From an uncultured Pirellulales bacterium (lineage in GTDB: Bacteria; Planctomycetota; Planctomycetia; Pirellulales; JALHLM01): DNA of 41,584 nt. The position numbers and the translations under genes are program-made. Within the stretch, counting starts at the first letter, position 1. Each line of letters begins with the position of its first letter. The notes beneath the pieces were generated by a model. The model had not been told where the DNA came from and made no database searches. It worked only from the letters and a program-made list of their open reading frames with translations. Of this stretch, positions 19,017 to 26,646 are shown piece by piece. The stretch covers positions 4,425 through 46,008 of the forward strand of contig CAZUBB010000009.1 in NCBI GenBank assembly GCA_964618485.1, given 5' to 3'.

Positions 19017-21005
19017 ATGTGCGGCATTGCCGGAGCAGCCTGGAACAGTCAGCGCGGATTCGTCGACGCGTCGTCGCTCGACCGGATGACCGATGCGCTG
19101 CGCCATCGTGGGCCGGACGATCGCGGCACTTATTCACGTAGCTACGAAGATGGCCGAGGCGTCGGGTTGGGGCATCGTCGACTGTCCATCATCGATCTGG
19201 GCGGCGGCCAGCAGCCGATCAGCAACGAGGACGGAACGGTCTGGATCGTGTTCAACGGCGAGATTTACAACTACGTTGAGTTGCGCGAGGAATTGATCGC
19301 GCAGGGGCATCGCTTCCGCACGAAGTCGGACACCGAGACGATCGTTCATTTGTACGAACAACATGGCGTGGCGTGCCTCGACAAACTGCGGGGGATGTTC
19401 GCCTTTGCCATCTGGGACGAGCGAGCGCGGCGGCTGTTCCTGGCCCGCGATCGCATGGGACAGAAGCCGCTGGTTTACGCCCAGCATGGCGATCGGCTCT
19501 TGTTTGCCAGCGAAATCAAGGCGATCTTGCAGGCGCCAAACGTCCCGCGCGAGCTGGACCCCGAAGCGCTGGACGCGTACCTAACCTACATGTACGTGCC
19601 GCAACCGCGGACGATTTTTCGCGGCATCCAAAAACTTCCGCCGGCGCATTACGCCGTGTTTGAAGATGGCCGCCTGCGGATCGAGCCCTATTGGCGCATC
19701 GATTTCCAGAAGGAGTCGACGGAATCGATCGAATCGTTGCAGGAGCAGTTGCACGCTCGACTCGATGAAGCGGTGCGACTGCGCTTGCGCAGCGACGTCC
19801 CGCTCGGCGCCTTTCTTTCGGGCGGCGTCGATTCCACGGCGATCGTTGGTCTGATGCAGCGGCATCTGCCGGCGCCGGCGCACACGTTCACGATCGGCTT
19901 TCCGGTCTCGGAGTACGACGAATCGGCGTATGCTCGCTTGGCCGCCGATCACTTGGGGACCGACCACCGGGAATTGGTGGCGGAGGCCGAGACGGTGGAT
20001 TTGTTGCCGCGCCTTTGCTGGCTGTTCGATGAACCGTTTGCGGATTCCTCGGCGATTCCGACGTACCTCGTCTCGCAGGTGACGCGCGAGCACGTTAAAG
20101 TCGCGCTGACAGGCGATGGCGGCGATGAGTTGTTCTGTGGCTATCCGCGCTATCGCACCGTGCAGCAACTGGCTGCGTTCGATCGATTGCCACGCCTGGT
20201 GCGGCAAGCCCTCACAAACCGCGCGTGGGACTGGTTGCCGGCGACGCAGGGGAGCGGCTCCCTTGCCGCGCGCTTGCGCAAGCGCATCAGCGTGTTGCGC
20301 GAGTCGGCGGCGGAGCGCTACGTTCACTGGGTTTCTTTGATCGATCAAGGGAGAAGACTCGCGCTTTATAGCGAAGGGTTCGTGAACCAACTGACGAGCG
20401 ACGCTCCGGAGACAATCGTTGAGCAGGCCGTCGGCGCGAGTTCGCGCCGCGCCCCGGGCACGCAAGCGATGATGGCCGACTTGCAGACTTACTTGCCGGG
20501 CGATCTGCTGACGAAGGTCGATATCGCCAGCATGGCGCATGGGCTGGAATGCCGCAGCCCGTTTATGGATCACCACGTTGTCGAGCTCGCGGCGTCCATT
20601 CCCTTCCGATATCACGTGAGCGGCGACAGTGCGAAGCCAATGTTGGTCGGCGCGCTCGGGAAGATCGTGCCGCGGTCGATCGCCACGCGACCGAAAATGG
20701 GCTTCTCCGTGCCGCTCGATCGCTGGTTCCGCGGGAAGCTTCGTAATCTGGTCGAGGAAACGCTACTGAGCCGGGAATTCGACGCGCGCGGCTACTTCAA
20801 GCCTTCCGCGGTTCGCGCGATGGTCGCGCAGCATACGGAAGGAATCTGCGACCACAGCCAGGAGATTTGGGCGTTGCTTTGTTTGGAACAATGGCACCGC
20901 ACGTACCTCGATCCGACGACGCCGCCGAGCGATCCGCCCGGTGCGCCGCCGAAGACGTACCGCGCCGAAAAGGGCGCAGCATCGTTGGTCGCTCAATCGG
21001 CTTAG
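19017..21005 (+). CDS. Asparagine synthase (glutamine-hydrolysing) family amidotransferase, EPS-locus type
   Basis: N-terminal nucleophile MCGIAG, RGPDD, HRRLSIIDL..G.QP, the synthetase-domain PP-loop FLSGGVDSTAIV, and DIASMAHGLECRSPFMDHHVVE. Confidence 0.9.
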   Translation: MCGIAGAAWNSQRGFVDASSLDRMTDALRHRGPDDRGTYSRSYEDGRGVGLGHRRLSIIDLGGGQQPISNEDGTVWIVFNGEIYNYVELREELIAQGHRFRTKSDTETIVHLYEQHGVACLDKLRGMFAFAIWDERARRLFLARDRMGQKPLVYAQHGDRLLFASEIKAILQAPNVPRELDPEALDAYLTYMYVPQPRTIFRGIQKLPPAHYAVFEDGRLRIEPYWRIDFQKESTESIESLQEQLHARLDEAVRLRLRSDVPLGAFLSGGVDSTAIVGLMQRHLPAPAHTFTIGFPVSEYDESAYARLAADHLGTDHRELVAEAETVDLLPRLCWLFDEPFADSSAIPTYLVSQVTREHVKVALTGDGGDELFCGYPRYRTVQQLAAFDRLPRLVRQALTNRAWDWLPATQGSGSLAARLRKRISVLRESAAERYVHWVSLIDQGRRLALYSEGFVNQLTSDAPETIVEQAVGASSRRAPGTQAMMADLQTYLPGDLLTKVDIASMAHGLECRSPFMDHHVVELAASIPFRYHVSGDSAKPMLVGALGKIVPRSIATRPKMGFSVPLDRWFRGKLRNLVEETLLSREFDARGYFKPSAVRAMVAQHTEGICDHSQEIWALLCLEQWHRTYLDPTTPPSDPPGAPPKTYRAEKGAASLVAQSA

Positions 21006-21197
21006 CCAGATTACACGCGGACGTACAAGCAATACAAGAATGAACACGCTTCCACGAGTCAGCATCGATCCGACTTTCGGCGTTACGTGGCCGATGGCCG
21101 TGACTGGGATTTCGCTGGCCGATCCATTCTGGCCATTTATTTTGCGTCGGCCGAGCGAGGGGACACGGTGAGGGCATCGCACGCCATTCGTCGCAGA

Positions 21198-22547
21198 ATG
21201 AGCGCAGGGCGCAGTTTCTCGGGCGACCATGCCTTGGACGTCCGTACGGCGCTGACGGCCGCGGATCTGTCGGCGGCTGGTCGAGACCTGCACCAGTTTA
21301 TTACCGCGCTCTATCCGATTTGCCGCAGCATTACCGGTGAAGGGCTGCGTGAAACGCTGCGAATCGTGCAGCAACGAATCCCGCTGGTGATTCATGAAGT
21401 GCCGACGGGCACTCAGGTCTTCGATTGGACGATTCCCAAAGAATGGAACATTCGCGACGCCTGGGTAAAGAACTCGCGCGGCGAACGCGTGATCGATTTC
21501 CGACGGTCGAATCTGCACGTGCTGAATTACAGCCAACCGATTCGCGGCAAGCTGCCGCTGTCAGAGCTGAAGAATCATTTCTTTACGCTGCCGGGCAAGC
21601 CGGATTTGATTCCCTACCGCACGTCCTACTACCGGGAGGACTGGGGTTTCTGCGTTTCGGAAAACGATGTCCTCCGGCTCGAGGATGGCGAGTACGAATT
21701 CTGTATCGATTCCAGCCTTACTGACGGTTCGCTGAGTTACGGCGAGTGTTATTTGCCGGGTCGTACGAAAGACGAAGTGTTATTGTCGTGCCACGTGTGT
21801 CATCCGGCGCTTTGCAATGACAATCTTTCCGGCGTCTCGTTGCTGACGAAGCTCGCCGAGATGCTGGATGGCTCGCCGCGCGAATACTCCTATCGCATTC
21901 TTTTCCTGCCGGGGACCATCGGTTCCATCGCCTGGTTGGCACGCAATGAGCATCGCACGCAGCGCATCCGGCACGGACTCGTCGTGGCGTGCGTGGGAGA
22001 TCCGGGCGGGTTTCACTATAAGCGATCGCGCCAAGGCGACGCACCGATCGACCGGGCGGTCATCCACGCGCTGAAGCATCTCGGCCAGCCCTATGAAGTG
22101 CACGACTTCACGCCGTATGGCTACGATGAGCGTCAGTTCTGCTCGCCAGGGTTCAACTTGCCGGTGGGCTGTCTGTCGCGAACGCCGCATGGCCGATTTC
22201 CGCAGTACCACACGTCGGCAGACAACCTGGAGTTTGTCCGCCCAGAGGCGCTCGCCGGTTCGCTGAACGCCTACCTGTCGATCGTTCGCATTCTGGAACA
22301 CGATCACCGGTACTTGAATCAGAACCCCAAATGCGAGCCGCAACTTGGCAAGTGGGGACTTTACCGCACGCTCAGCGGCTTGCCGGACGCCGGCCGGATG
22401 GAACTCGCAATGTTATGGGTGCTGAACCTCTCCGACGGTACGCATTCATTGTTGCAGATCGCGGAACGCAGCGGCCTGGCCTTTTCACTGATTGAACAGG
22501 CGGCCACCGCGTTGTGCGATGTTGAACTGCTGAAGGCGGCCGATTGA
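21198..22547 (+). CDS. COG4310-type protein with aminopeptidase-like (DUF2172/DUF4910, M28-like) domain and a C-terminal winged-helix-like tail
   Basis: LYPICRSITGEGLRETLRIVQQRIPLVIHEVPTGTQVFDWTIPKEWNIRDAWVKNSRGERVIDF...NLHVLNYS and YRILFLPGTIGSIAWL match my memory of this family. The ORF is open from GTG 21087; ATG 21198 gives the usual ~450-aa length. Confidence 0.75.
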   Translation: MSAGRSFSGDHALDVRTALTAADLSAAGRDLHQFITALYPICRSITGEGLRETLRIVQQRIPLVIHEVPTGTQVFDWTIPKEWNIRDAWVKNSRGERVIDFRRSNLHVLNYSQPIRGKLPLSELKNHFFTLPGKPDLIPYRTSYYREDWGFCVSENDVLRLEDGEYEFCIDSSLTDGSLSYGECYLPGRTKDEVLLSCHVCHPALCNDNLSGVSLLTKLAEMLDGSPREYSYRILFLPGTIGSIAWLARNEHRTQRIRHGLVVACVGDPGGFHYKRSRQGDAPIDRAVIHALKHLGQPYEVHDFTPYGYDERQFCSPGFNLPVGCLSRTPHGRFPQYHTSADNLEFVRPEALAGSLNAYLSIVRILEHDHRYLNQNPKCEPQLGKWGLYRTLSGLPDAGRMELAMLWVLNLSDGTHSLLQIAERSGLAFSLIEQAATALCDVELLKAAD

Positions 22548-22687
22548 ACGGGCTCAAACGCCTACCGAAGCCGCTTGCATCCGAGCGGTTGGGAAGCAAA
22601 GCCTGCTGCACGATTTGCCGAGCCGACTCAAGGTCGCAGGTTGCCGTTGCGCTAGCGAGAGGCGGCCGGCGCTGAAGTGATACCCAC

Positions 22688-23455
22688 GTGAATGACCTTT
22701 TTCAACTCCTTCAACAACCGACCTTCCTGCTGTACGTAGCGGTAGGCGTGGCGATTGCGTGGATGTGGCGCAATCGAACCGAGTCGCGGAAGAAACTCTT
22801 GGCGTTGACGATTCCCTACGTGCTACTCGGCCTGGCGACAACGCGCCTCGCAGGGTACTGGGTGCAAGCGACCCTGGCCGCACCGTATCCTCCCATCGCT
22901 AGGCTGCCGGACGATACGGAGGCTGTGGTGGTCCTGGCGGGATACGCCTTTTCATCGGGCAATATTTACCAACACGCTGATCTGGGGAGCGATACGCTTC
23001 ATCGTTGCGAATTGGCGGCAGAGCTCTGCACCAAGGATCGCCAAACTCTATTGGTGACGAGTGGCGGCCCGGTGCAGGGAGATGCGTCGCAGCCGGCCAT
23101 CGCTGCGCTAATGCGAGATTACCTGGTGAAACGGGGGGTCGACGCCGACCGTATCATCGTGGAGTCGGCCTCGCAGAACACGTATGAAAATGCCGTGGAG
23201 TCTTGCCGGTTACTCGGCGAACGAAAGATTCGCCGCATCGTGCTCATTACGGACGCAGAGCATATGAGGCGCTCGGTTGCGTGCTTTGAGAAACAGGGGA
23301 TGGAAGTGACCGCGGCGCCCACTCGGTTTCACGAACTGGCGCTCGGCCGCACCGCCGTCGATTACCTGCCCAATCCGCGCGCCGCAGAAGATTTTGAGAT
23401 GGGTTTTCACGAATGGTTGGGCATCGCCTACTATCGGCTGGCAGGCAGGCTTTGA
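22688..23455 (+). CDS. YdcF/DUF218 (ElyC/SanA-like) family protein
   Basis: 255 aa with N-terminal TMs, then AVVVLAGY, LLVTSGGPVQGD, ESASQNTYENAVESCRLL and IVLITDAEHMRRSVACF, the DUF218 motif order. GTG start. Confidence 0.8.
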   Translation: MNDLFQLLQQPTFLLYVAVGVAIAWMWRNRTESRKKLLALTIPYVLLGLATTRLAGYWVQATLAAPYPPIARLPDDTEAVVVLAGYAFSSGNIYQHADLGSDTLHRCELAAELCTKDRQTLLVTSGGPVQGDASQPAIAALMRDYLVKRGVDADRIIVESASQNTYENAVESCRLLGERKIRRIVLITDAEHMRRSVACFEKQGMEVTAAPTRFHELALGRTAVDYLPNPRAAEDFEMGFHEWLGIAYYRLAGRL

Positions 23456-23706
23456 GTTGACGAAGCGATCGCCAACGACGTGTTAAGCAAATTCAAAGCT
23501 GGATGCAGCATCGACTGGCAAAATGCGTTCTCAATCGCGTATAACTGCATGCCGCGCCGATTGAAGATCGCGACAACTGTGAAGCGAGCCGCCTTTAACA
23601 AGGCTTAACGCGGAAACGGAAACGCGTCTTTTCCGTCCGCAATGTGACGAGCGAATAACTGCCTGGATCCACAGGCGGCGTGGATACTGCCCTCCGCGTC
23701 GTTTGG

Positions 23707-23747
23707 CCGCCGGCCTCCTGCTTGTCAGGCAGGCCGGCGGTTTTTTT
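23707..23747 (+). terminator. Rho-independent terminator (plus strand)
   Basis: CCGCCGGCCTCCTG (23707-23720) pairs with CAGG-C-AGGCCGGCGG (23726-23740) to give a 14-bp GC-rich stem with one bulge and a 5-nt loop, followed by TTTTTTT (23741-23747). It lies 250 nt after the ydcF-like stop. There is no T-run on the minus strand, so it does not serve def. Confidence 0.75.
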
Positions 23748-23777
23748 ATGCGTCGGAGTGGGCCGGTAAGTCGCCGG

Positions 23778-24383
23778 CTAGGTTCGCAATTCTTCCAATG
23801 CGGCGATGCGCTGACGGATTTCTTCGTCGCTCGGGATCTCGCCCCGCTCGCGGCGACTCGCGTAGACCAATTCGAACTCTTCCAGCGTTGGACGAACGTC
23901 GGCCTGGCCAGTTGCGCTGAGGCGGTCGACAAACAGTTTGCCGTCCAGGTGATCGGTTTCGTGCTGGACAATTCGGCTGAAGAGGCCGTCGAGATCGAGA
24001 GAAACCTCTTCTCCCTTGAGATTGTAGGCGGTGATGCGGACCCGTTCCGGGCGATTCACCGGCCGGTACAGCCCAGGAAGACTGAGACACCCTTCCTCGG
24101 CCTCGACCGTCCCCTTGGGTTGGCTGATCACCGGATTCAGGAAGACGTATTCCAGGTCTTTCTTGGACGCGTCCCCTTCCGGGTTGGCGACGAACAAGCG
24201 GTACGGCAAATCGACCTGGTTCGCCGCCAGCCCGACGCCCTTATGTGAGTACATCAGCTCGAACATCTGCCGAATCATCCCCACCAACTCGGCATCGACG
24301 CGGCGCAAGGGCTTCGATAGGTAGCGCAGCGTGGGGTGGGGATAATGGACGATTCGTAACGCGGGCTCGGTGGTCGTGCTCAT
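23778..24383 (-). CDS. def: Peptide deformylase
   Basis: The three canonical motifs GVGLAANQV, EGCLSLPG and QHETDHLDG are present; 201 aa with a C-terminal extension. Confidence 0.95.
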   Translation of the reverse strand: MSTTTEPALRIVHYPHPTLRYLSKPLRRVDAELVGMIRQMFELMYSHKGVGLAANQVDLPYRLFVANPEGDASKKDLEYVFLNPVISQPKGTVEAEEGCLSLPGLYRPVNRPERVRITAYNLKGEEVSLDLDGLFSRIVQHETDHLDGKLFVDRLSATGQADVRPTLEEFELVYASRRERGEIPSDEEIRQRIAALEELRT

Positions 24384-24546
24384 TACGAAAGTATAAGGGC
24401 GGCCCCGCGGGTTTTGAATCGGCGCAAACTCGGGACGGGGCTGTCGCCTCCCCGGCTCCCGCTAGGCGCGCGATCGACCGGGGATAAGATCGAAAGAGGG
24501 CGTAGTTCCGCCCCGCCCGTCCCTCGGTGCATGGAGGCCAGTCTCA

Positions 24547-25416
24547 ATGCCGGAACTTCCTGAAGTCGAAACGATGCGTCGGGGCGTGGCGGCCGTGCTT
24601 GGGAGCCGGATCGTCGACGTAGAACGCTTCGCGGCGGATTATCAGCCCATCGTTATCGAGCCGACCTGGCCGACGTTTCGCCGCCGGTTGCGCGGCAGGC
24701 GAATTATCGGGCTCTCGCGGGCTGGAAAGCGAATCGTGCTGGAACTGTCCGGCGACGATCGGCTGGTGATCGAGCCGCGGATGACGGGTTTACTCTTGGT
24801 TGCCGATCCTCCGAGTGAGGCGCATTTGCGCCTGGCGTTGACGCTGCGAAATGGCCCGGCGTCGAAGTTGCTTTACTGGGATCGCCGCGGCCTCGGCCAG
24901 GTGCGCTTGCTTTCGATCGCCGAATTCGAAAGTCGTTTCGGGCCGGATCAGCTTGGTCCTGACGCGCTGGAAATCACTTCAACCGCCATGCGCGAGCGAC
25001 TTTGCGCGAGTCGCCGGGCGATCAAGGTGGCGCTGCTCGATCAGCGCGCCGTGGCGGGGATCGGCAATCTCTACGCCGCGGAAATTCTTCACCTGGCGGC
25101 CGTGCACCCGGCCCATCGTTGCGACCGGCTTTCCGGCATCCAATGGCAGAGGATTCACCTCGCGATGGTCAAGGTGTTGCACGAAGCGATTCTCTACGAA
25201 GGTTCCACGCTCTCTGATGGCACGTACCGCAACGCCTTGAATCAATCGGGGAGCTACCAGAACGAGCACCGCGTTTATGACCGCGCGGGACAGACGTGCC
25301 GGACGTGCCGCGAGGCCGAAGTGCTCCGCATTGTGCAGGCGCAGCGATCGACCTTCTATTGCCCAAACTGCCAGCCGAAGCGAGGGGCGCCGCGTCGACC
25401 GCCGCAACCGCGTTAA
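24547..25416 (+). CDS. mutM: Formamidopyrimidine-DNA glycosylase (Fpg/MutM)
   Basis: N-terminal MPELPEVE catalytic Pro, an H2TH region (LLDQRAVAGIGNLYAAEILH) and a C-terminal zinc finger CRTC...FYCPNCQ. Confidence 0.93.
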   Translation: MPELPEVETMRRGVAAVLGSRIVDVERFAADYQPIVIEPTWPTFRRRLRGRRIIGLSRAGKRIVLELSGDDRLVIEPRMTGLLLVADPPSEAHLRLALTLRNGPASKLLYWDRRGLGQVRLLSIAEFESRFGPDQLGPDALEITSTAMRERLCASRRAIKVALLDQRAVAGIGNLYAAEILHLAAVHPAHRCDRLSGIQWQRIHLAMVKVLHEAILYEGSTLSDGTYRNALNQSGSYQNEHRVYDRAGQTCRTCREAEVLRIVQAQRSTFYCPNCQPKRGAPRRPPQPR

Positions 25417-25432
25417 TTGACGGAAAGTGTGC

Positions 25433-25475
25433 CACATTGCGCGCGGCGACTGCGCCGTGCACGCACATCGCGCGC
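25433..25475 (+). promoter_or_regulatory. Pair of 12-nt direct repeats (CACATTGCGCGC / CACATCGCGCGC), candidate activator (UAS) sites
   Basis: Repeats at 25433-25444 and 25464-25475 match at 11 of 12 positions and start 31 nt apart (about 3 helical turns). They lie 85-127 nt upstream of the sigma54-like element at 25559-25574. Confidence 0.3.
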
Positions 25476-25558
25476 CTAATTGGCCGATGCAGGTCGGCCC
25501 CTCGGGCCGGAATTCCTTTGGCGACAACGCGTTGCAACGGCGCGGAAAATCGTGGAAA

Positions 25559-25574
25559 TGGTCCCACGTTTGCA
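25559..25574 (+). promoter_or_regulatory. Candidate sigma54 (-24/-12) promoter upstream of hsp20
   Basis: TGGTCCCACGTTTGCA compared with consensus TGGCACG-N4-TTGCW: the invariant GG and GC are at the correct 10-nt spacing and TTGCA matches fully. It lies 117 nt upstream of the hsp20 ATG. Confidence 0.4.
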
Positions 25575-25647
25575 TCACTGTCTTACGGAATCGTTAAAAG
25601 CATATCTCGCACGGTACGGCGAGAATGATATGCCGGCCGTAGCGCGA

Positions 25648-25682
25648 TCCTCGAAGGGTGAGTCAAACCACATTTCGAAGGA
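25648..25682 (+). promoter_or_regulatory. Candidate SD-sequestering stem-loop (RNA-thermometer-like) in the hsp20 leader
   Basis: UCCUCGAA (25648-25655) can pair with UUCGA-A-GGA (25674-25682) as 8 bp with one bulged A, covering most of the SD AAGGAGG (25678-25684). A short apical helix (25657-59 with 25667-69) is also possible. Confidence 0.3.
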
Positions 25683-25690
25683 GGTGTAAC

Positions 25691-26143
25691 ATGGCACGCA
25701 CCATGGTTCCTTGGTCGGAGAGGCTCCCGCGCACGCTGGGACGCCTGGAGAAGGATTTCGGCCGCATGTTCGAAGGGTTTCTCAGCGAGGATGATCGCTG
25801 GATGAGCCTGGAAGGGGCGTTCGTCCCCACGATCAATGTGGTGGAGACCGCGGACGGCGTCGAAGTCACCGCGGAGCTGCCGGGCATGAAGCCGGAAGAA
25901 TTCGCCGTCGAAATCAAGAACGGCGCGCTCTGGATCTCCGGTGAGAAGAAGAGCGAGAAGGAAGAAAAGGGAAAATCGTATCATCGGGTGGAACGGACCT
26001 ATGGTGAATTTCGCCGCGTGATTCCGCTGCCGGCGACGGTCGCGGAAGACAAGGTGGCTGCCGAGTACAAGGCGGGTGTTCTGCGCGTCACGGTTCCGAA
26101 GACTGCGGAAGCGCGACCGAGACGGGTCGAAGTGAAGAGCTGA
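25691..26143 (+). CDS. Hsp20/alpha-crystallin family small heat-shock protein
   Basis: Alpha-crystallin domain: PTINVVETADGVEVTAELPGMKPEEFAVEIKNGALWISGEKK...YHRVERTYGEFRRVIPLPATVAEDKVAAEYKAGVLRVTVPK. A strong SD AAGGAGG sits 6 nt before ATG 25691. The GTG 25658 start in the ORF track is less likely. Confidence 0.93.
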   Translation: MARTMVPWSERLPRTLGRLEKDFGRMFEGFLSEDDRWMSLEGAFVPTINVVETADGVEVTAELPGMKPEEFAVEIKNGALWISGEKKSEKEEKGKSYHRVERTYGEFRRVIPLPATVAEDKVAAEYKAGVLRVTVPKTAEARPRRVEVKS

Positions 26144-26304
26144 CCGTCTCCGCGCACGCCTGGAATGCCGCGCCTTCGGTAGGTGGGGGGGCCGCGAAAC
26201 TGGGAGTAACGGCCCCCCGGCACGCGACAACCATGGGCGAGTTTCGTCCGTAGAAGGGGAGAGCCGGGAACGGAGGCCTCGGTCAATCCCCCAGGAGGCT
26301 CCCC

Positions 26305-26493
26305 ATGTATCTGATCATTGAACACAACGACGACGCAATTCTGGCCAAGCTGGTTGATCGGCGCATCTGCGAACTGCGAACGATGCTGCGGGACGAATCG
26401 GATGAGTCCTGCCATGAAATCGAGCAGGAACTGGCGGCGCTGGAACGTCTGGTGCATCGGCTGCACGAAGCCAGCTATGACGTCCGCTGCTAA
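26305..26493 (+). CDS. Small acidic hypothetical protein (62 aa)
   Basis: SD AGGAGG (26292-26297) lies 7 nt before ATG 26305. The sequence is helical and charged (MYLIIEHNDDAILAKLVDRRICELRTMLRDESDESCHEIEQELAALERLVHRLHEASYDVRC), unlike the Arg/Pro/Ala-rich shadow ORFs elsewhere. A strong terminator-like palindrome follows it. Confidence 0.5.
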   Translation: MYLIIEHNDDAILAKLVDRRICELRTMLRDESDESCHEIEQELAALERLVHRLHEASYDVRC

Positions 26494-26578
26494 GTTGCCG
26501 GTGAGAGCATGAAACGAATCTCCGGCGCTTAGGAACGCGAACGCTCAAGAGCGATGGCGGCTCGCGTCGTCCCATCGA

Positions 26579-26640
26579 CGAAGTGAAACGAGCCGGTCAG
26601 GCATGCCTGACCGGCCCGCTTCTTAATTCTTTTCACTTCG
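26579..26640. terminator. Nested inverted repeats between convergent genes (probable bidirectional terminator)
   Basis: A perfect 22-nt palindrome CCGGTCAGGCATGCCTGACCGG (26593-26614) is nested inside the 10-bp arms CGAAGTGAAA (26579-26588) and TTTCACTTCG (26631-26640). The flanks are T-rich on both strands. Confidence 0.6.
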
Positions 26641-26646
26641 TGCAGG

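Noticed and set aside
23531-24248. ORFs 23531-23971 (minus) and 23703-24248 (plus) around the def 3' end
   Set aside because: Both overlap def, whose three catalytic motifs are unambiguous. Neither has an SD or recognisable domains, and the part outside def coincides with the structured non-coding region and terminator.
25658-25690. GTG 25658 as the hsp20 start
   Set aside because: It would place the strong AAGGAGG SD inside the coding region. ATG 25691 sits at ideal spacing from that SD and gives a normal ~150-aa Hsp20.
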